43,168 nt of DNA from a virus: the IMG/VR virus record IMGVR_UViG_3300018875_000009, positions 1 to 43,168 of that record; one strand, given 5' to 3'. Position 1 is the stretch's first letter; each line of letters begins with the position of its first letter. Shown here in pieces: positions 13,769 to 23,608 of the stretch. Both the position numbers and the translations under genes were made by a program. Below the pieces are notes generated by a model, which saw only the letters and a program-made list of their open reading frames with translations, was not told the origin of the DNA and made no database searches.

Positions 13769-15100
13769 ATGACCGAGCGACGGCCGAACGAAGGGCTGAA
13801 GCGGCTACTCGGGGAGGCTGATTGGACCCTTGGACAGTTGGCCACGGCCATCAACCGGGCCGGGGACGAAGACGGGGTGAACGTTCGTTGCGACAAGAGC
13901 AACGTCAGTAAGTGGGTCGGGGGCACCACGCCCAATGAGAAGGTGCGGCCGTACGTCCTCGAAGCCCTCTCCCGCAGACTCGGCCGTCAGGTGACGCACG
14001 CCGAGGCCGGCCTACCGGCCCCGAAGGGAGACCCGACCGCCCCCGGTACCGTTGAAGGACTGGTGGACCTCGGAAGGGCGGACATGGACCCTTCACGCCG
14101 AAGCGTGCTCGGGGCCGGGCTGTACTCCGTCGCCCTCACGATCCCCGGTTGGCCGGACGTGCTAGGTCGAGCCGAGGCAGTGAAGAAGGGCAAAGGGCTT
14201 CGAATCGGCTTCCCCGAAGTCGACATGGTTGTTCAGATGACCGAGAAAGTCTCTGAGCTTGACGACCAGTTCGGGGGCCGCACGGCCCGGCCCATGGCCG
14301 CTACCTTCCTGGTGAATCAGGTGGTGCCCTACCTTCGAGCGGAAGCCCCCGAGGACGTACGGAAAGCCATGCTGTCCGCCGCTTCCGACCTGTGCTACCT
14401 GACCGGGTACATGGCCGTAGACGAAGGGCTTCACGGCCTCGCGCAGCGCTACTACCTGAAGGCCCTCGAACTGGCCGGGGCCGCCGAGGATCACCTGACC
14501 TACTGCACCACCCTTCGAGGGATGAGCGTTCAGGCCGTCGACCTCGGTCACGGGAAGCGAGCCATGGAGCTAGCCGACGCTGCCGCCGCCGCTTCCCCGA
14601 AGGCCGGCCCCCGCATGCTGGCCTTCCTCACCGGGCAGCAAGCGCACGCCGCAGCACAAGAGGGCGACAAGGCGACAGCCCTTCGCCGCATCCGGGAAGC
14701 CGAAGCGGCTATGGACCGCGCCGAGAGCCGAGGGAAGCCCCTCGGGAGCTACGATCCCGCCGCTCTCAACTACCACGTATCGCAAGTGCGTTACGAGCTG
14801 GGCGACGTTCACGGGTCCATCGAAGCCCTACAGGAGAGCAACCGGCTTCGCTTCTCCGTGTACCGCCGGGGCAACGTGCGCATGCGCGCCCTTCTCGCCG
14901 AGCGTCAGCTTCAAGTCGGGCACCTCGAAGAAGCCGTGAAGACCTGGGGCGAAGCCCTCGACGACTACCCGTTGGTTCACTCGGGCCGAGCTGACGAACG
15001 CTTCAAGAACATGCGTCGACTCATCCGGCCCCACCTTCGGCACCACGGGGCCGCCGAGCTGTTCGAGCGGGCACAGCTGATGAAGCCCGCGACCGTGTAA
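13769..15100 (+). CDS. XRE-type helix-turn-helix regulator with a C-terminal TPR-like domain (candidate immunity repressor)
   Basis: N-terminus LKRLLGEADWTLGQLATAI...SNVSKWVGG is an HTH. The C-terminal 250 aa are Ala/Leu-rich repeats (YYLKALELAG...). Divergent from a small-gene operon. Confidence 0.7.
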   Translation: MTERRPNEGLKRLLGEADWTLGQLATAINRAGDEDGVNVRCDKSNVSKWVGGTTPNEKVRPYVLEALSRRLGRQVTHAEAGLPAPKGDPTAPGTVEGLVDLGRADMDPSRRSVLGAGLYSVALTIPGWPDVLGRAEAVKKGKGLRIGFPEVDMVVQMTEKVSELDDQFGGRTARPMAATFLVNQVVPYLRAEAPEDVRKAMLSAASDLCYLTGYMAVDEGLHGLAQRYYLKALELAGAAEDHLTYCTTLRGMSVQAVDLGHGKRAMELADAAAAASPKAGPRMLAFLTGQQAHAAAQEGDKATALRRIREAEAAMDRAESRGKPLGSYDPAALNYHVSQVRYELGDVHGSIEALQESNRLRFSVYRRGNVRMRALLAERQLQVGHLEEAVKTWGEALDDYPLVHSGRADERFKNMRRLIRPHLRHHGAAELFERAQLMKPATV

Positions 15101-15122
15101 ACGCCCCAGGAAACGGCGAAAG

Positions 15123-15151
15123 CCCCCCGCCACCCAAGAGGGTGCGGGGGG
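15123..15151 (+). terminator. Terminator hairpin after the regulator gene
   Basis: CCCCCCGCCACCC / GGGTGCGGGGGG stem (one bulge), AAGA loop. Confidence 0.65.
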
Positions 15152-15171
15152 TTCGGCTAGGACGTGCTGAA

Positions 15172-15196
15172 GGGCCGTGGGAGGCAGTCACGGCCC
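15172..15196 (-). terminator. Hairpin ending the late/lysis operon
   Basis: GGGCCGTG / CACGGCCC stem, 9 nt after the holin-like stop on the minus strand. Confidence 0.5.
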
Positions 15197-15204
15197 CGCC
15201 CTAG

Positions 15205-15435
15205 TCAGGTTTCGTCCGCCAGGTCGACATGTTCCGGCGACGGGGTGAGAAGAGCGCTACGGGTCTTCGCGTCCTCGACCCGCTGAACGGCCTCACCGCC
15301 GGCCAGGCCGAGGACGGCCGCCAGGACGCCGAGAACCTGCGCTTCGGGTACGTGGACGCCGTACGCGGCCACAAGGCCGAGGACGGCCACAGCGAGCGCG
15401 TAGACGCGCGCCGGATGAGCCTTGAAGAACTTCAC
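15205..15435 (-). CDS. Holin-like two-TM membrane protein (76 aa)
   Basis: GTG 15435 follows SD AGGAGGA. Two hydrophobic helices (VYALAVAVLGLVAAYGV, VLGVLAAVLGLAGG). Lies directly downstream of the lysin gene. Confidence 0.55.
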   Translation of the reverse strand: MKFFKAHPARVYALAVAVLGLVAAYGVHVPEAQVLGVLAAVLGLAGGEAVQRVEDAKTRSALLTPSPEHVDLADET

Positions 15436-15446
15436 GGGGTTTCCTC

Positions 15447-16286
15447 CTAGGAGTAAGCCAACTTGAACAGGGCGGCCCAACCCTTCGGACCGATAGCCAC
15501 ATCCCAGGTCGAGCCCTTCGCCGCGTACTGCGGATACTTCCGATGGAACAGGCCCACCGATTCCTGAGTCTTCGGGCCGTAGTTGTCCGACTCGGGAACA
15601 CCCTTGTTCATGAATCCGGCGGCCTTCAGGGCACGCTGAAGACGCTTCGCCGAGGGGGTCGAGCTGTTCGGCCGAAGGCCCTTCGGGAAAGCCGGGGGAA
15701 CGTACTTCGAAGGCTTCGGCTTCGGCTTCGAGGGGGCCGGGGCAGGGGCGGAAGGCTTCGGGTTCAGGTGAGCGTTTACACGCCCCAGGAAGTAGTCCCA
15801 CGGGAAGTTCGGGCCGGGGTCATAGTGGTTGGTCTGGCCGTACGCCTTCGACACGTCGATGTGCCCGACGATGCCCTTCTTACCGGCCTTCAGCTCAGCA
15901 ACGGACAGCTTCCGGGCCGGGATGCTGTGCTTCCGGCACCAGCCGGCCACCACCTTAGCCGCGTTCTCCAGAACGCCCTTCGAATACTGGTCGAGCCATT
16001 CCGCGCGAGACTGCCGCGCGTAACCGGCAAGCTCGATGCCCAGGCCGTCAGAGTTCGCGCCCGGAGCATGCCAGGCCCGGTCACCATCCGCCACGCAGCG
16101 AACCGCGCTGTTGTTGTCCACGCAGACGTGAGCGGAAGCCTTCGAGCTAGCGGGCATGGTCGCGAACCAATGCGCGACGTTCTCGGCGGTCATCGGCCCC
16201 TCGGGGGCCTCCATGTCGTGAATCACGATCACGCGGATAGGAACGGTTCGGCCAGGGCCGTACCACTTCGCCTGTACGAAATCCAT
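15447..16286 (-). CDS. Endolysin: N-acetylmuramoyl-L-alanine amidase plus a C-terminal peptidoglycan-binding domain
   Basis: Amidase_2/PGRP-like N-terminus (VIVIHDMEAPEG...HVCVDN...WHAPGANSDGLGIELAG). PG_binding_1-like C-terminus (RLQRALKAAGFMNKGVPESDNYGPKTQESV). Confidence 0.88.
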   Translation of the reverse strand: MDFVQAKWYGPGRTVPIRVIVIHDMEAPEGPMTAENVAHWFATMPASSKASAHVCVDNNSAVRCVADGDRAWHAPGANSDGLGIELAGYARQSRAEWLDQYSKGVLENAAKVVAGWCRKHSIPARKLSVAELKAGKKGIVGHIDVSKAYGQTNHYDPGPNFPWDYFLGRVNAHLNPKPSAPAPAPSKPKPKPSKYVPPAFPKGLRPNSSTPSAKRLQRALKAAGFMNKGVPESDNYGPKTQESVGLFHRKYPQYAAKGSTWDVAIGPKGWAALFKLAYS

Positions 16287-16297
16287 CGTCGTCTTCC

Positions 16298-16627
16298 TTA
16301 CTCCGCAACCGGGGCGGTTCGAATGAGAGAGGTAAGTTCCTGGTGCTGAGCAACGACAAGGGACCTCAGCTCAGCAATAGCGGCTTGACCGGTAACCAGC
16401 TCGGAAAGGTGCCGATTCTCGGTTTCGAGCCGCGCGACACGGCCTGTCAGTTCGTCAAGCTGCGCTTCAAGCCGATCAGCTCGGGCCTTCTGCGCTTCCG
16501 CCTCACCCTTCCAAATCTCTGCCGTTTGGTTGTCGACGGACGACCGAACGCGCACATACGCGGCGGCCAAAAGGCCAACGGCGGTCAGTGCAGTAAACGC
16601 CCAACCGGAGAAGCCGAGAAGATCCAC
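16298..16627 (-). CDS. Membrane-anchored coiled-coil protein (lysis-associated?)
   Basis: N-terminal TM helix followed by heptad-like LEAQLDELTGRVARLETENRHL. GTG start after SD AAGGA. Confidence 0.5.
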   Translation of the reverse strand: MDLLGFSGWAFTALTAVGLLAAAYVRVRSSVDNQTAEIWKGEAEAQKARADRLEAQLDELTGRVARLETENRHLSELVTGQAAIAELRSLVVAQHQELTSLIRTAPVAE

Positions 16628-16646
16628 GGGAGTAATCCTTAAAACA

Positions 16647-17192
16647 TCAAGCGGTCAGACCGAGCCACCGAAATTCCATGCCGGTCACACGCTGGCCGCT
16701 ATCCGCGACAATCGTTGTCCCGCTGGTTTGGTAGGCGAAAAGCTCGAAATGGTCGCCCGCAGTGCAGGCCATCTCGAAGGTTCGAGTGACGAACGTGCCA
16801 GTAGTCGGGGCCGCCCCGATAGCGATGGTCGAAATGGTGCTGCCGCCGGTAGAAGCGCCAGCCGAGTTGAGGCGAAGGTTCAGAGCCCGATAACCGGTCG
16901 CGTGATATCCGAAGCGCGAATAGAACGAAATGAGGTACTGGCCGGACGTATTGATAGTGATGCGACTCGGGTTCGTCGTAGTCGAGTGCATTCCATCCGT
17001 GTCCCAGGCTTCCATACTGAACGGAAGCAGGGTCCAAGTGCTTGTTGGAAGCGAAACGTCAGCGCTAATGAACGCGTTGACCCTCGGCGGGTTCAACAGG
17101 AAGTCAATCGGGGTCTTCGTTGCGGCGGTCAGCTTCGCCGCCGTGACCTTCTCCCCCGCGAGGAAAGACTGAGTAGCGGGAACGGTAGCCAT
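16647..17192 (-). CDS. Minor tail protein / putative receptor-binding protein
   Basis: 181 aa, Ser/Thr/Gly-rich and beta-rich. Last gene of the tail module. Confidence 0.55.
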   Translation of the reverse strand: MATVPATQSFLAGEKVTAAKLTAATKTPIDFLLNPPRVNAFISADVSLPTSTWTLLPFSMEAWDTDGMHSTTTNPSRITINTSGQYLISFYSRFGYHATGYRALNLRLNSAGASTGGSTISTIAIGAAPTTGTFVTRTFEMACTAGDHFELFAYQTSGTTIVADSGQRVTGMEFRWLGLTA

Positions 17193-17270
17193 GCCGGCCT
17201 AACTCTCCAGAGATCAGGGCACGCCGAAGGGGCGGCCCGAAGGGCCGCCCCGTGAAGGCGTGTAAACGGG

Positions 17271-20090
17271 CTAGTAGGCCAGGACCGTGGTCCGGTCGAG
17301 CCTGCCTAGCGTCGGGTCTTCGAGAATCCAAACGTCGGAGTTCTCCGCCGGGGAAAGCGAAAGGGTCGTGACCCAATCCAGCGTTCCGCCGTTCACAGAC
17401 ACTTCGGTCTGAATGGCCTCAACGTAAAAGTCAAGGCTGGATTCTGGGGCCTGTGAAGGCAGATCGGAAAGCGTGATCCGATCCCCAATCTCGACGCCCA
17501 GGGCCACAAGGAACAGGCCCGGAGTAGCCGAAGCCTTCAGCGTCACCGAATCGCACCGGACGATAGGAAGCGCATAGCGGTTCAGCATCGTGTAAGCCGC
17601 ATCCTGAACCGAGCTATCCGCATCGGTTCGAAGCTCAATGCTCTTCGACTTCCGGCCGTAAGCGTCGATAGACGCCTGATTCTTCAGAACGCCCTCTGCC
17701 CCGTTGACTCGCTTGTACGTGACCTCATTGATAATCCGGTCTTCGTCCATCTCGAACTGAAGGCCAGGCTCATACGGCAGGCCGAGGCTGTCGCCCAGGG
17801 TGTACCGCACGGCGGCCCCCTGGCGCCGGTCCCGGTTGTGATAGGTCAGCCGGCCGTCGCCATCCATGAAGACGTACCCGGAAGCGTCCTCGGCGGCCCC
17901 CTGAAGCTCGTCAAGAGCCTTCGCGCCTGTAGACCAGGACGGCCCCTGAAGGAGACTCTTTCCGGCATCTACCGCCAGTTCGCCGAGGAAGTTCGCCATG
18001 GTGGCGAGACGTGAAATGCGGTCCGCTTCGCTCTCCACATAGTCGACGTTGTTCCCGTAACCGAGCTTCCAGATCGGGTCTAGATCGGCGTAATACAGTC
18101 GCCTATCCCAGATGGCAAGGTGACCGTACCGGCCATTCGCGTACTCCGCATAGATCGAACCCGCCTGCCTACCTGCGAGCGATGCCCAGCGAAGGTCTCG
18201 GATATCCTTGTTCGCCGGAACAGGGTCCGTGTCCGACGCGCGCCACGCGCCATTCACGAAGAGCTGAGTATCACCTTCCTGAATCGCCACCGCCACAAAA
18301 GACGGGTTCGCGGTGCTGAGCGAATATGCCCCACTGGTGAACGTCGTAACCGTGCCATCGGCGTAGGTGGTGCGAACTTCGAGCTTTCCAGTCGAGTCAA
18401 GGCGAATCGACAACAGATCCGCGCCCGTATCCGACCATGCAGCGAAAAGAGTTGTGTACTCCCCCGCACTCGGCCGGACCGGAAGACACCAGAAAGCCAC
18501 CGTGAATTCAGAACCGAGCGGGTACCTTCTCTGCCCACCCTCGCAGATATCAACGACGGTCCCTTGATTGCTCGCCACATTGGCGAGGCTGTAACACGTC
18601 GTATCATCCTTCGGGAGAATGGATTCAGCCCCGAGCAACGGGGTTCCGCCGCCGTACTTCGAGCCGACAAGCCGCGCCGGTTGCTGGTCGTTCGCCAGGT
18701 TCTCAAGTCGGGTGGCCCCTACGGGGTCACCGAGCGTCCAATACCCGAGAGGGTTCGTGGTGAGCACCTGGGCTTGCATGGGTGCGCGAAGGTCGGTGTT
18801 CGACAGCACCGAGAAGCCATCGACCGCCGAGACTTCGACCGTGGCCGTCAGGCCCTCGGAAGTCATCGGCCACTTCTCTATGTACCCGTGGAAGATCGAG
18901 CCGCCGGGGTTCCACTCAGAGAGTGTCGAGCCCTGTTCTAGCTGGATCTCGTCAATGAAGAGGTACCCGGTACCCCCGCCGTCCCCTCCGGTCGTTCCGA
19001 TGCTCAGGCCGGCCCACACGGCCCCTGCGGGAGCGATGACACCCGTCAGGGTCACCGGTACCCACTGGCCGTTCACCAGCGCCGTAGCGGGGCTGTTCGA
19101 GCTGGTCGTGATCAGGTTGCCCGCAGCGTCATACCAACGAACGAGCTGCTTCACGCTGAGCTGTGGCGAGGATGCCCCGAGACGCACCTGAGCCCGAAGG
19201 CTGTACGCCTTGCCAGGGACAACCTTCGCCAGACCCACGGGCTTGCCGTTGCTGAAGTAGCCGCACCGGATCGAGGACGCGTAATCCGCGGTGCCGTTGT
19301 TGCCCAGGTCGACGCGGATTGAACCCGCCCCAGACTTCGGCACGTTGGTCCAGTAGTTGGCGGTTCCCGCACTGTGCGAAGTCGAGAACATCGCCGAGGA
19401 TCGGCTTACGTCGCCGCCGGTAGACACGTCCTTCGGGGTGAGGTTCGCGGTACGGACACGGACCCTTCGTCGAGGAACCACGTTCGGGTAGTACGGCTGA
19501 GTCTTGAACCACTCGGCCTTCTCGCCGTAGGCGACAAGCCCCGCGTTCCCCTCGGGGTAGGTGTCCGCGTAGATGTAGAGAACGGCCGTAGCCGTACCGG
19601 CCGGCGGAGTCTCTTCGTGCGTGTAAACGGCCGGAGACGAGTCCGCCACGAACCGGGTACCGATCACGAAGCGCAGGGTGGCCCCGGAAGCGTCGAGCCA
19701 CTTCACAGCGAAGTAGCACGACACCGGCTTGCCGTTCGTGTAAACGGTCCGGGTCATGAGCCGGGGCTTACCGTCGTCGTCCACCTGGCCGACGTTGATA
19801 CTCGATATGGCCGTGTTGTCGGCACGGCCGTTCAGGTCCCAGGTGTACTGACCGGAGAAGCCCGACAGGATGTTTCCCCCCGACTTCTGCTTGCCGGGGG
19901 TGAAACGTCCGTCTGAGTTGTCGAGCGTCAGTGAAAGGGTTCCGGCTTCAATGCGGTCGAGTTCGTTGTTCCGGCCGCGCCGAACATCGAACCCCTTCAC
20001 ATAGTCGCTAATGTCGGTCCACGAATAGGACGAAGAGAAGGGGCCACCGTCAAAGGCGACTTCGACGGTGACCTTCGGAATCGTAGGCAC
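17271..20090 (-). CDS. Minor tail protein (distal-tail / baseplate-like, 939 aa)
   Basis: Directly follows the tape-measure gene. GTG 20090 lies 1 nt after the TMP stop (the ORF track allows 20159). Size and position are typical. Confidence 0.75.
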   Translation of the reverse strand: MPTIPKVTVEVAFDGGPFSSSYSWTDISDYVKGFDVRRGRNNELDRIEAGTLSLTLDNSDGRFTPGKQKSGGNILSGFSGQYTWDLNGRADNTAISSINVGQVDDDGKPRLMTRTVYTNGKPVSCYFAVKWLDASGATLRFVIGTRFVADSSPAVYTHEETPPAGTATAVLYIYADTYPEGNAGLVAYGEKAEWFKTQPYYPNVVPRRRVRVRTANLTPKDVSTGGDVSRSSAMFSTSHSAGTANYWTNVPKSGAGSIRVDLGNNGTADYASSIRCGYFSNGKPVGLAKVVPGKAYSLRAQVRLGASSPQLSVKQLVRWYDAAGNLITTSSNSPATALVNGQWVPVTLTGVIAPAGAVWAGLSIGTTGGDGGGTGYLFIDEIQLEQGSTLSEWNPGGSIFHGYIEKWPMTSEGLTATVEVSAVDGFSVLSNTDLRAPMQAQVLTTNPLGYWTLGDPVGATRLENLANDQQPARLVGSKYGGGTPLLGAESILPKDDTTCYSLANVASNQGTVVDICEGGQRRYPLGSEFTVAFWCLPVRPSAGEYTTLFAAWSDTGADLLSIRLDSTGKLEVRTTYADGTVTTFTSGAYSLSTANPSFVAVAIQEGDTQLFVNGAWRASDTDPVPANKDIRDLRWASLAGRQAGSIYAEYANGRYGHLAIWDRRLYYADLDPIWKLGYGNNVDYVESEADRISRLATMANFLGELAVDAGKSLLQGPSWSTGAKALDELQGAAEDASGYVFMDGDGRLTYHNRDRRQGAAVRYTLGDSLGLPYEPGLQFEMDEDRIINEVTYKRVNGAEGVLKNQASIDAYGRKSKSIELRTDADSSVQDAAYTMLNRYALPIVRCDSVTLKASATPGLFLVALGVEIGDRITLSDLPSQAPESSLDFYVEAIQTEVSVNGGTLDWVTTLSLSPAENSDVWILEDPTLGRLDRTTVLAY

Positions 20091-20091
20091 G

Positions 20092-23000
20092 CTAGAGTCC
20101 CGTCCTTCCCCCGTTACGCTTTCCGTTGCGAACGATCTCGTCTCGAATCGTGGTGGCAATAGCCTTCGCTAGAGCCTTCTCGGCCGTAACGTTCCCCTGA
20201 ACCGTCACGTAGACGTTCGGGGCGGCCTGGCCGCCCGTAGCGCCCTGAAGCGCCATTGCACGGGATATAGACCTGTTAGCAAGCCGCCCAGTAGGACGCG
20301 TGCCCGCCAACTCGTCTACGGCCTTCTGAACGTCGCCCTGGCCCTTCCGGATGCCCGCCGAGAAACCCTCGGCCGTGAAGCCACCCAGACCCATGAAGAC
20401 GCGACTCGGCGACTTGATCCCGAGCTTCTTCTTCAGGGTCTTGACCATGGAGTTCGCCAGGCCCTCAATGCGCTTCTTCAGGACCGATTCCTTGGCCTTC
20501 AGGCCACGAACAAGCCCCTCCATCGCGAAGATGCCCGCGTTGTAGTAGTCGCTCGCAACGAAGTTGCCGAGCTTGCTCGACTCGCTGTTGATGGCGTTAT
20601 AGGTCGAGTTCAGTTCCTTGATCTGGCCGCCACCAGCGTTCAAGAGAGCCTGTGCCATCTGGCCGCCCTCTTCGGGGCCGGCCTGGGCGATCTGATTGAT
20701 GATGCCTCGGCCGAGGCCGCGCTTCGCGAGGGTCTGAAGGTTCTTCCGGAAATCAATGATCCCCTTCAGCTTGCCCTTCAGTCGCGCGAGGATCGCGCTC
20801 GCCGAGTTGTCCCCGTACTGCGACGTATCCAGGGCACCCATGAACGAGCCGTAATCCCTGGCCTTCGAAGCCACCTGGGAAGCCATCTCGGACTTCGCCT
20901 TCTTCAGATTGGCCAGGTTGGCGCTCGCCGAAGAAAGCCGCTTCTGAATCGCCTCACGCTGCTTCGCCAGACTCGACAGTTTCTTGTTCTGAGCCGAGAT
21001 GTACTTATGAAGGCTGTTGGCCTTCGCCTTCGATATCTTCCCGGACTTGAACGCCTTCGTCACAAGGTCATGCAGCTTCTTCGAAGTCTCGGCCACCTTC
21101 TTCGATCCGCCGAGCATGCCCTTAACGAGACCCGCCGTGATCCACTTACCGATTTCCGCCATGACGCGGGAAGGCGAGTGAATCCCAAGAGCCTTCTTGA
21201 TCGGGCCGGGGATAGCGTCGACAACCGACTTCGCCGCGCCGATCACAGCACCCAGGGAATTCTTGATGCCGTTGACGAGACCCTGAATGATGTTCTTACC
21301 GATCTGGAGAAGCTGACCGGGAAGAGAGGTGAAGAAGCCCTTGATCTTTCCGGGAATCTCCTTCGCGATCTGAAGAAGGCCCCTGGCGTTGACAGAGACA
21401 GCGGTCTTGATGTTCTGCCAACCGGTGTTCCAGATCGACTTAATGAAGTTGATTCCACCCGAGATCACGGAACGCAGACTAGAAACCCAACCGGACACGC
21501 CGCCCTTAATGAATTCCTTTGCCGCGTTGAAGGCGTTCTTGATGGCCTCCCAACCACTTCGCCAAAAGCTAGTGATCTTAGCAAGGCCGCCCCGGAGGAC
21601 TCCGACCAGGGAACCGTAAATCCAGACCTTGAAGGCACCGACAATGAAGTTCCAGATGCCAGAGAAGATCTGCTTGACGCCATTCCAGGCCCGCGACCAG
21701 TTGCCGGTGAAGATGCCGATGAAGACATTCACGACACCCTGAATCACGGAAAGAGCACCGCTGATTACGCCGAGGATGCCGGACCAAAGACCCTTCAGGG
21801 TCGCGATCACGACCGGGCCGAGGAACTTCCAAAGAATCTGGAGAATCGGGGCCAGGACGTTGACCGCAACACCGATACCCTGAAGAACGGTGCGTATCAC
21901 GTTCCCGAATTGCTGAATGACCGGCTGAGCCTGCTGGAACATTCCCGAGAGAACGGGAACGATTTGCGTCTTCAGGAAGTTGACGAAGGTTCGGAAGTGC
22001 GGAAGTACGGTCTGCACCAGCCCCATAAGGGCCGGTAGAACCGTCCCGTAGACCACGCTCGCTATCGTTCCGAGAACGGGCGCGACAGCCGAAGCCACGC
22101 TTCGGAAAAGCGGGAGGACGGAACCGCGAACCACCGAACCGAGCTGACTAAAGGTAGTCCCGACCGCCGACATTCCGCGCTGAACATCCGGGCCGATCTT
22201 CGCGAACTCGGCCTTGAATGGGGCGAGGATGCTACCCACTGCCGCGAATCCCTCACGGAGCCCGCGGCCGATTCCCCGGAACGTATCCCCTAGCGGAGAG
22301 ACGTTAGCGCCCAGGTCGGAAATGATGCCGCTCAGACCGGCAATGGCCTTTTTCCCGATAGGGAGAAGGGGAGTACCGATCTTGATAAGCAGGTGATCCC
22401 ATGCGTCGCTCAGGGCCGCAAGCTGACCGTTAGCAGTCTTCGACTGCTTGTCCATTGCTTCGCCCCACTTGGAGTTAAACACTCCTTCGAGGAGAGGCAG
22501 AATCTTGTCAGTCGAAAGTTCGCCGGCCGAAGCCATCTCTCGAAGCTCGGCCGAGGTCTTACCGGTTGCTTCCTCAAGCGACTTCCAAACAGAAAGGCCG
22601 TTGTCAGCCATCTGGTTGAAGTCTTCGAGGGAGAAGCGGCCGTTACCGATGGCCTGGGAAAGAGCGGTCAGAACGTTGTCGAAAGACGCGCCCCGAACAC
22701 CCATGGCCGAGGCCGCGTTACCCCAGGCCGTCAGGTGCGGGATAACGTCCTTCGCCGCAACACCGACACCCTGAAGCTTCACGCTCGCCTGCTGAAGACC
22801 CTTCAGCTCGAACGGCGTCCTGGCCGCGAAATCGGCCAGGTCTTGCATGTGCTTCTTCGCGTTCTCGGCGGAACCGGTCAGGGTCTCGAAAGCCACCTGC
22901 ATGGATTCCGCGTCCGCTGCGGCCTTGAAGGCCATCACACCGACCGCACCAGCACCAATGCCTATACCGGCCGCCGCCGTGGCACCGAAGGCGGCCAGAC

Positions 23001-23145
23001 GGCCCCCCATGCCCGCGAGGGCACCGGAGAACCGCCCGGTCTGACGCTCCAAATCTTCGGCTTCGTCTCCGAGGTCTCGAAGAGCCGCTTCAGCCTGAGA
23101 AGCGTTACCGACGATGACAACGCGAAGCGTCCTCTGATCCGCCAT
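20092..23145 (-). CDS. Tape measure protein
   Basis: 1017 aa, Ala/Gly/Lys-rich with hydrophobic glycine-zipper segments. Follows the chaperone frameshift pair. Confidence 0.9.
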   Translation of the reverse strand: MADQRTLRVVIVGNASQAEAALRDLGDEAEDLERQTGRFSGALAGMGGRLAAFGATAAAGIGIGAGAVGVMAFKAAADAESMQVAFETLTGSAENAKKHMQDLADFAARTPFELKGLQQASVKLQGVGVAAKDVIPHLTAWGNAASAMGVRGASFDNVLTALSQAIGNGRFSLEDFNQMADNGLSVWKSLEEATGKTSAELREMASAGELSTDKILPLLEGVFNSKWGEAMDKQSKTANGQLAALSDAWDHLLIKIGTPLLPIGKKAIAGLSGIISDLGANVSPLGDTFRGIGRGLREGFAAVGSILAPFKAEFAKIGPDVQRGMSAVGTTFSQLGSVVRGSVLPLFRSVASAVAPVLGTIASVVYGTVLPALMGLVQTVLPHFRTFVNFLKTQIVPVLSGMFQQAQPVIQQFGNVIRTVLQGIGVAVNVLAPILQILWKFLGPVVIATLKGLWSGILGVISGALSVIQGVVNVFIGIFTGNWSRAWNGVKQIFSGIWNFIVGAFKVWIYGSLVGVLRGGLAKITSFWRSGWEAIKNAFNAAKEFIKGGVSGWVSSLRSVISGGINFIKSIWNTGWQNIKTAVSVNARGLLQIAKEIPGKIKGFFTSLPGQLLQIGKNIIQGLVNGIKNSLGAVIGAAKSVVDAIPGPIKKALGIHSPSRVMAEIGKWITAGLVKGMLGGSKKVAETSKKLHDLVTKAFKSGKISKAKANSLHKYISAQNKKLSSLAKQREAIQKRLSSASANLANLKKAKSEMASQVASKARDYGSFMGALDTSQYGDNSASAILARLKGKLKGIIDFRKNLQTLAKRGLGRGIINQIAQAGPEEGGQMAQALLNAGGGQIKELNSTYNAINSESSKLGNFVASDYYNAGIFAMEGLVRGLKAKESVLKKRIEGLANSMVKTLKKKLGIKSPSRVFMGLGGFTAEGFSAGIRKGQGDVQKAVDELAGTRPTGRLANRSISRAMALQGATGGQAAPNVYVTVQGNVTAEKALAKAIATTIRDEIVRNGKRNGGRTGL

Positions 23146-23608
23146 TAGAAAGACTCCCGACTAGCGTTGAACTCGTTCATGTATTCGCAGAAAGCGCGAT
23201 ACTCGGCAGCACGCATGCGCCGTACTTCGCCGGGAGTCATGCGGTAGAAGTGGCAGAACGCTGCCCGCTCTTTTAGGCGTTCTGCGCGTCCTCGTTTCCC
23301 GGACCGTCCACGCCCACAAGCTCAAGAGCGGAAACGCGGACTCGCCGGGCATCCTCAAGGGAAAAGTCCGGCTTCTCGATTCGCTGAGTAATCCAGATGA
23401 GCGCCTTCAGCGCCTTAGTGCTGATCTGAGTCTGAAGCTCGGGGCGGCCCTTCCCGTCCAGCACCTTCTTACCGTCCGGGCCAATGACCGGCTTCGGCTG
23501 AAGAACCTCGTAAAGCGGGGCACCCACAACGTCCTCAAAGTCTTCGAGATCACCGATGGTGAGAACGTCGGGGTCGATACGAAGGGCAACAGTCTCGTTC
23601 GTGCTCAT
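23145..23608 (-). CDS. Tail assembly chaperone -1 frameshift product (G-T-like)
   Basis: Slippery G_GGA_AAC at 23294-23300 (minus strand). The -1 frame then reads GKRGRAERLKERAAFCHFYRMTPGEVRRMRAAEYRAFCEYMNEFNASRESF and ends in a TAATG overlap with the TMP start. Confidence 0.7.
23273..23608 (-). CDS. Tail assembly chaperone (G-like)
   Basis: 111 aa and acidic, directly upstream of the TMP. Slippery heptamer near its 3' end. Confidence 0.75.
   Translation of the reverse strand: MSTNETVALRIDPDVLTIGDLEDFEDVVGAPLYEVLQPKPVIGPDGKKVLDGKGRPELQTQISTKALKALIWITQRIEKPDFSLEDARRVRVSALELVGVDGPGNEDAQNA

Noticed and set aside
15205-15801. 198-aa minus-strand ORF overlapping the 3' end of the lysin gene
   Set aside because: Only the last 76 codons (from GTG 15435, with an AGGAGGA SD) look coding. 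The upstream part overlaps the lysin gene out of frame and translates to low-complexity Pro/Gly/Glu sequence.
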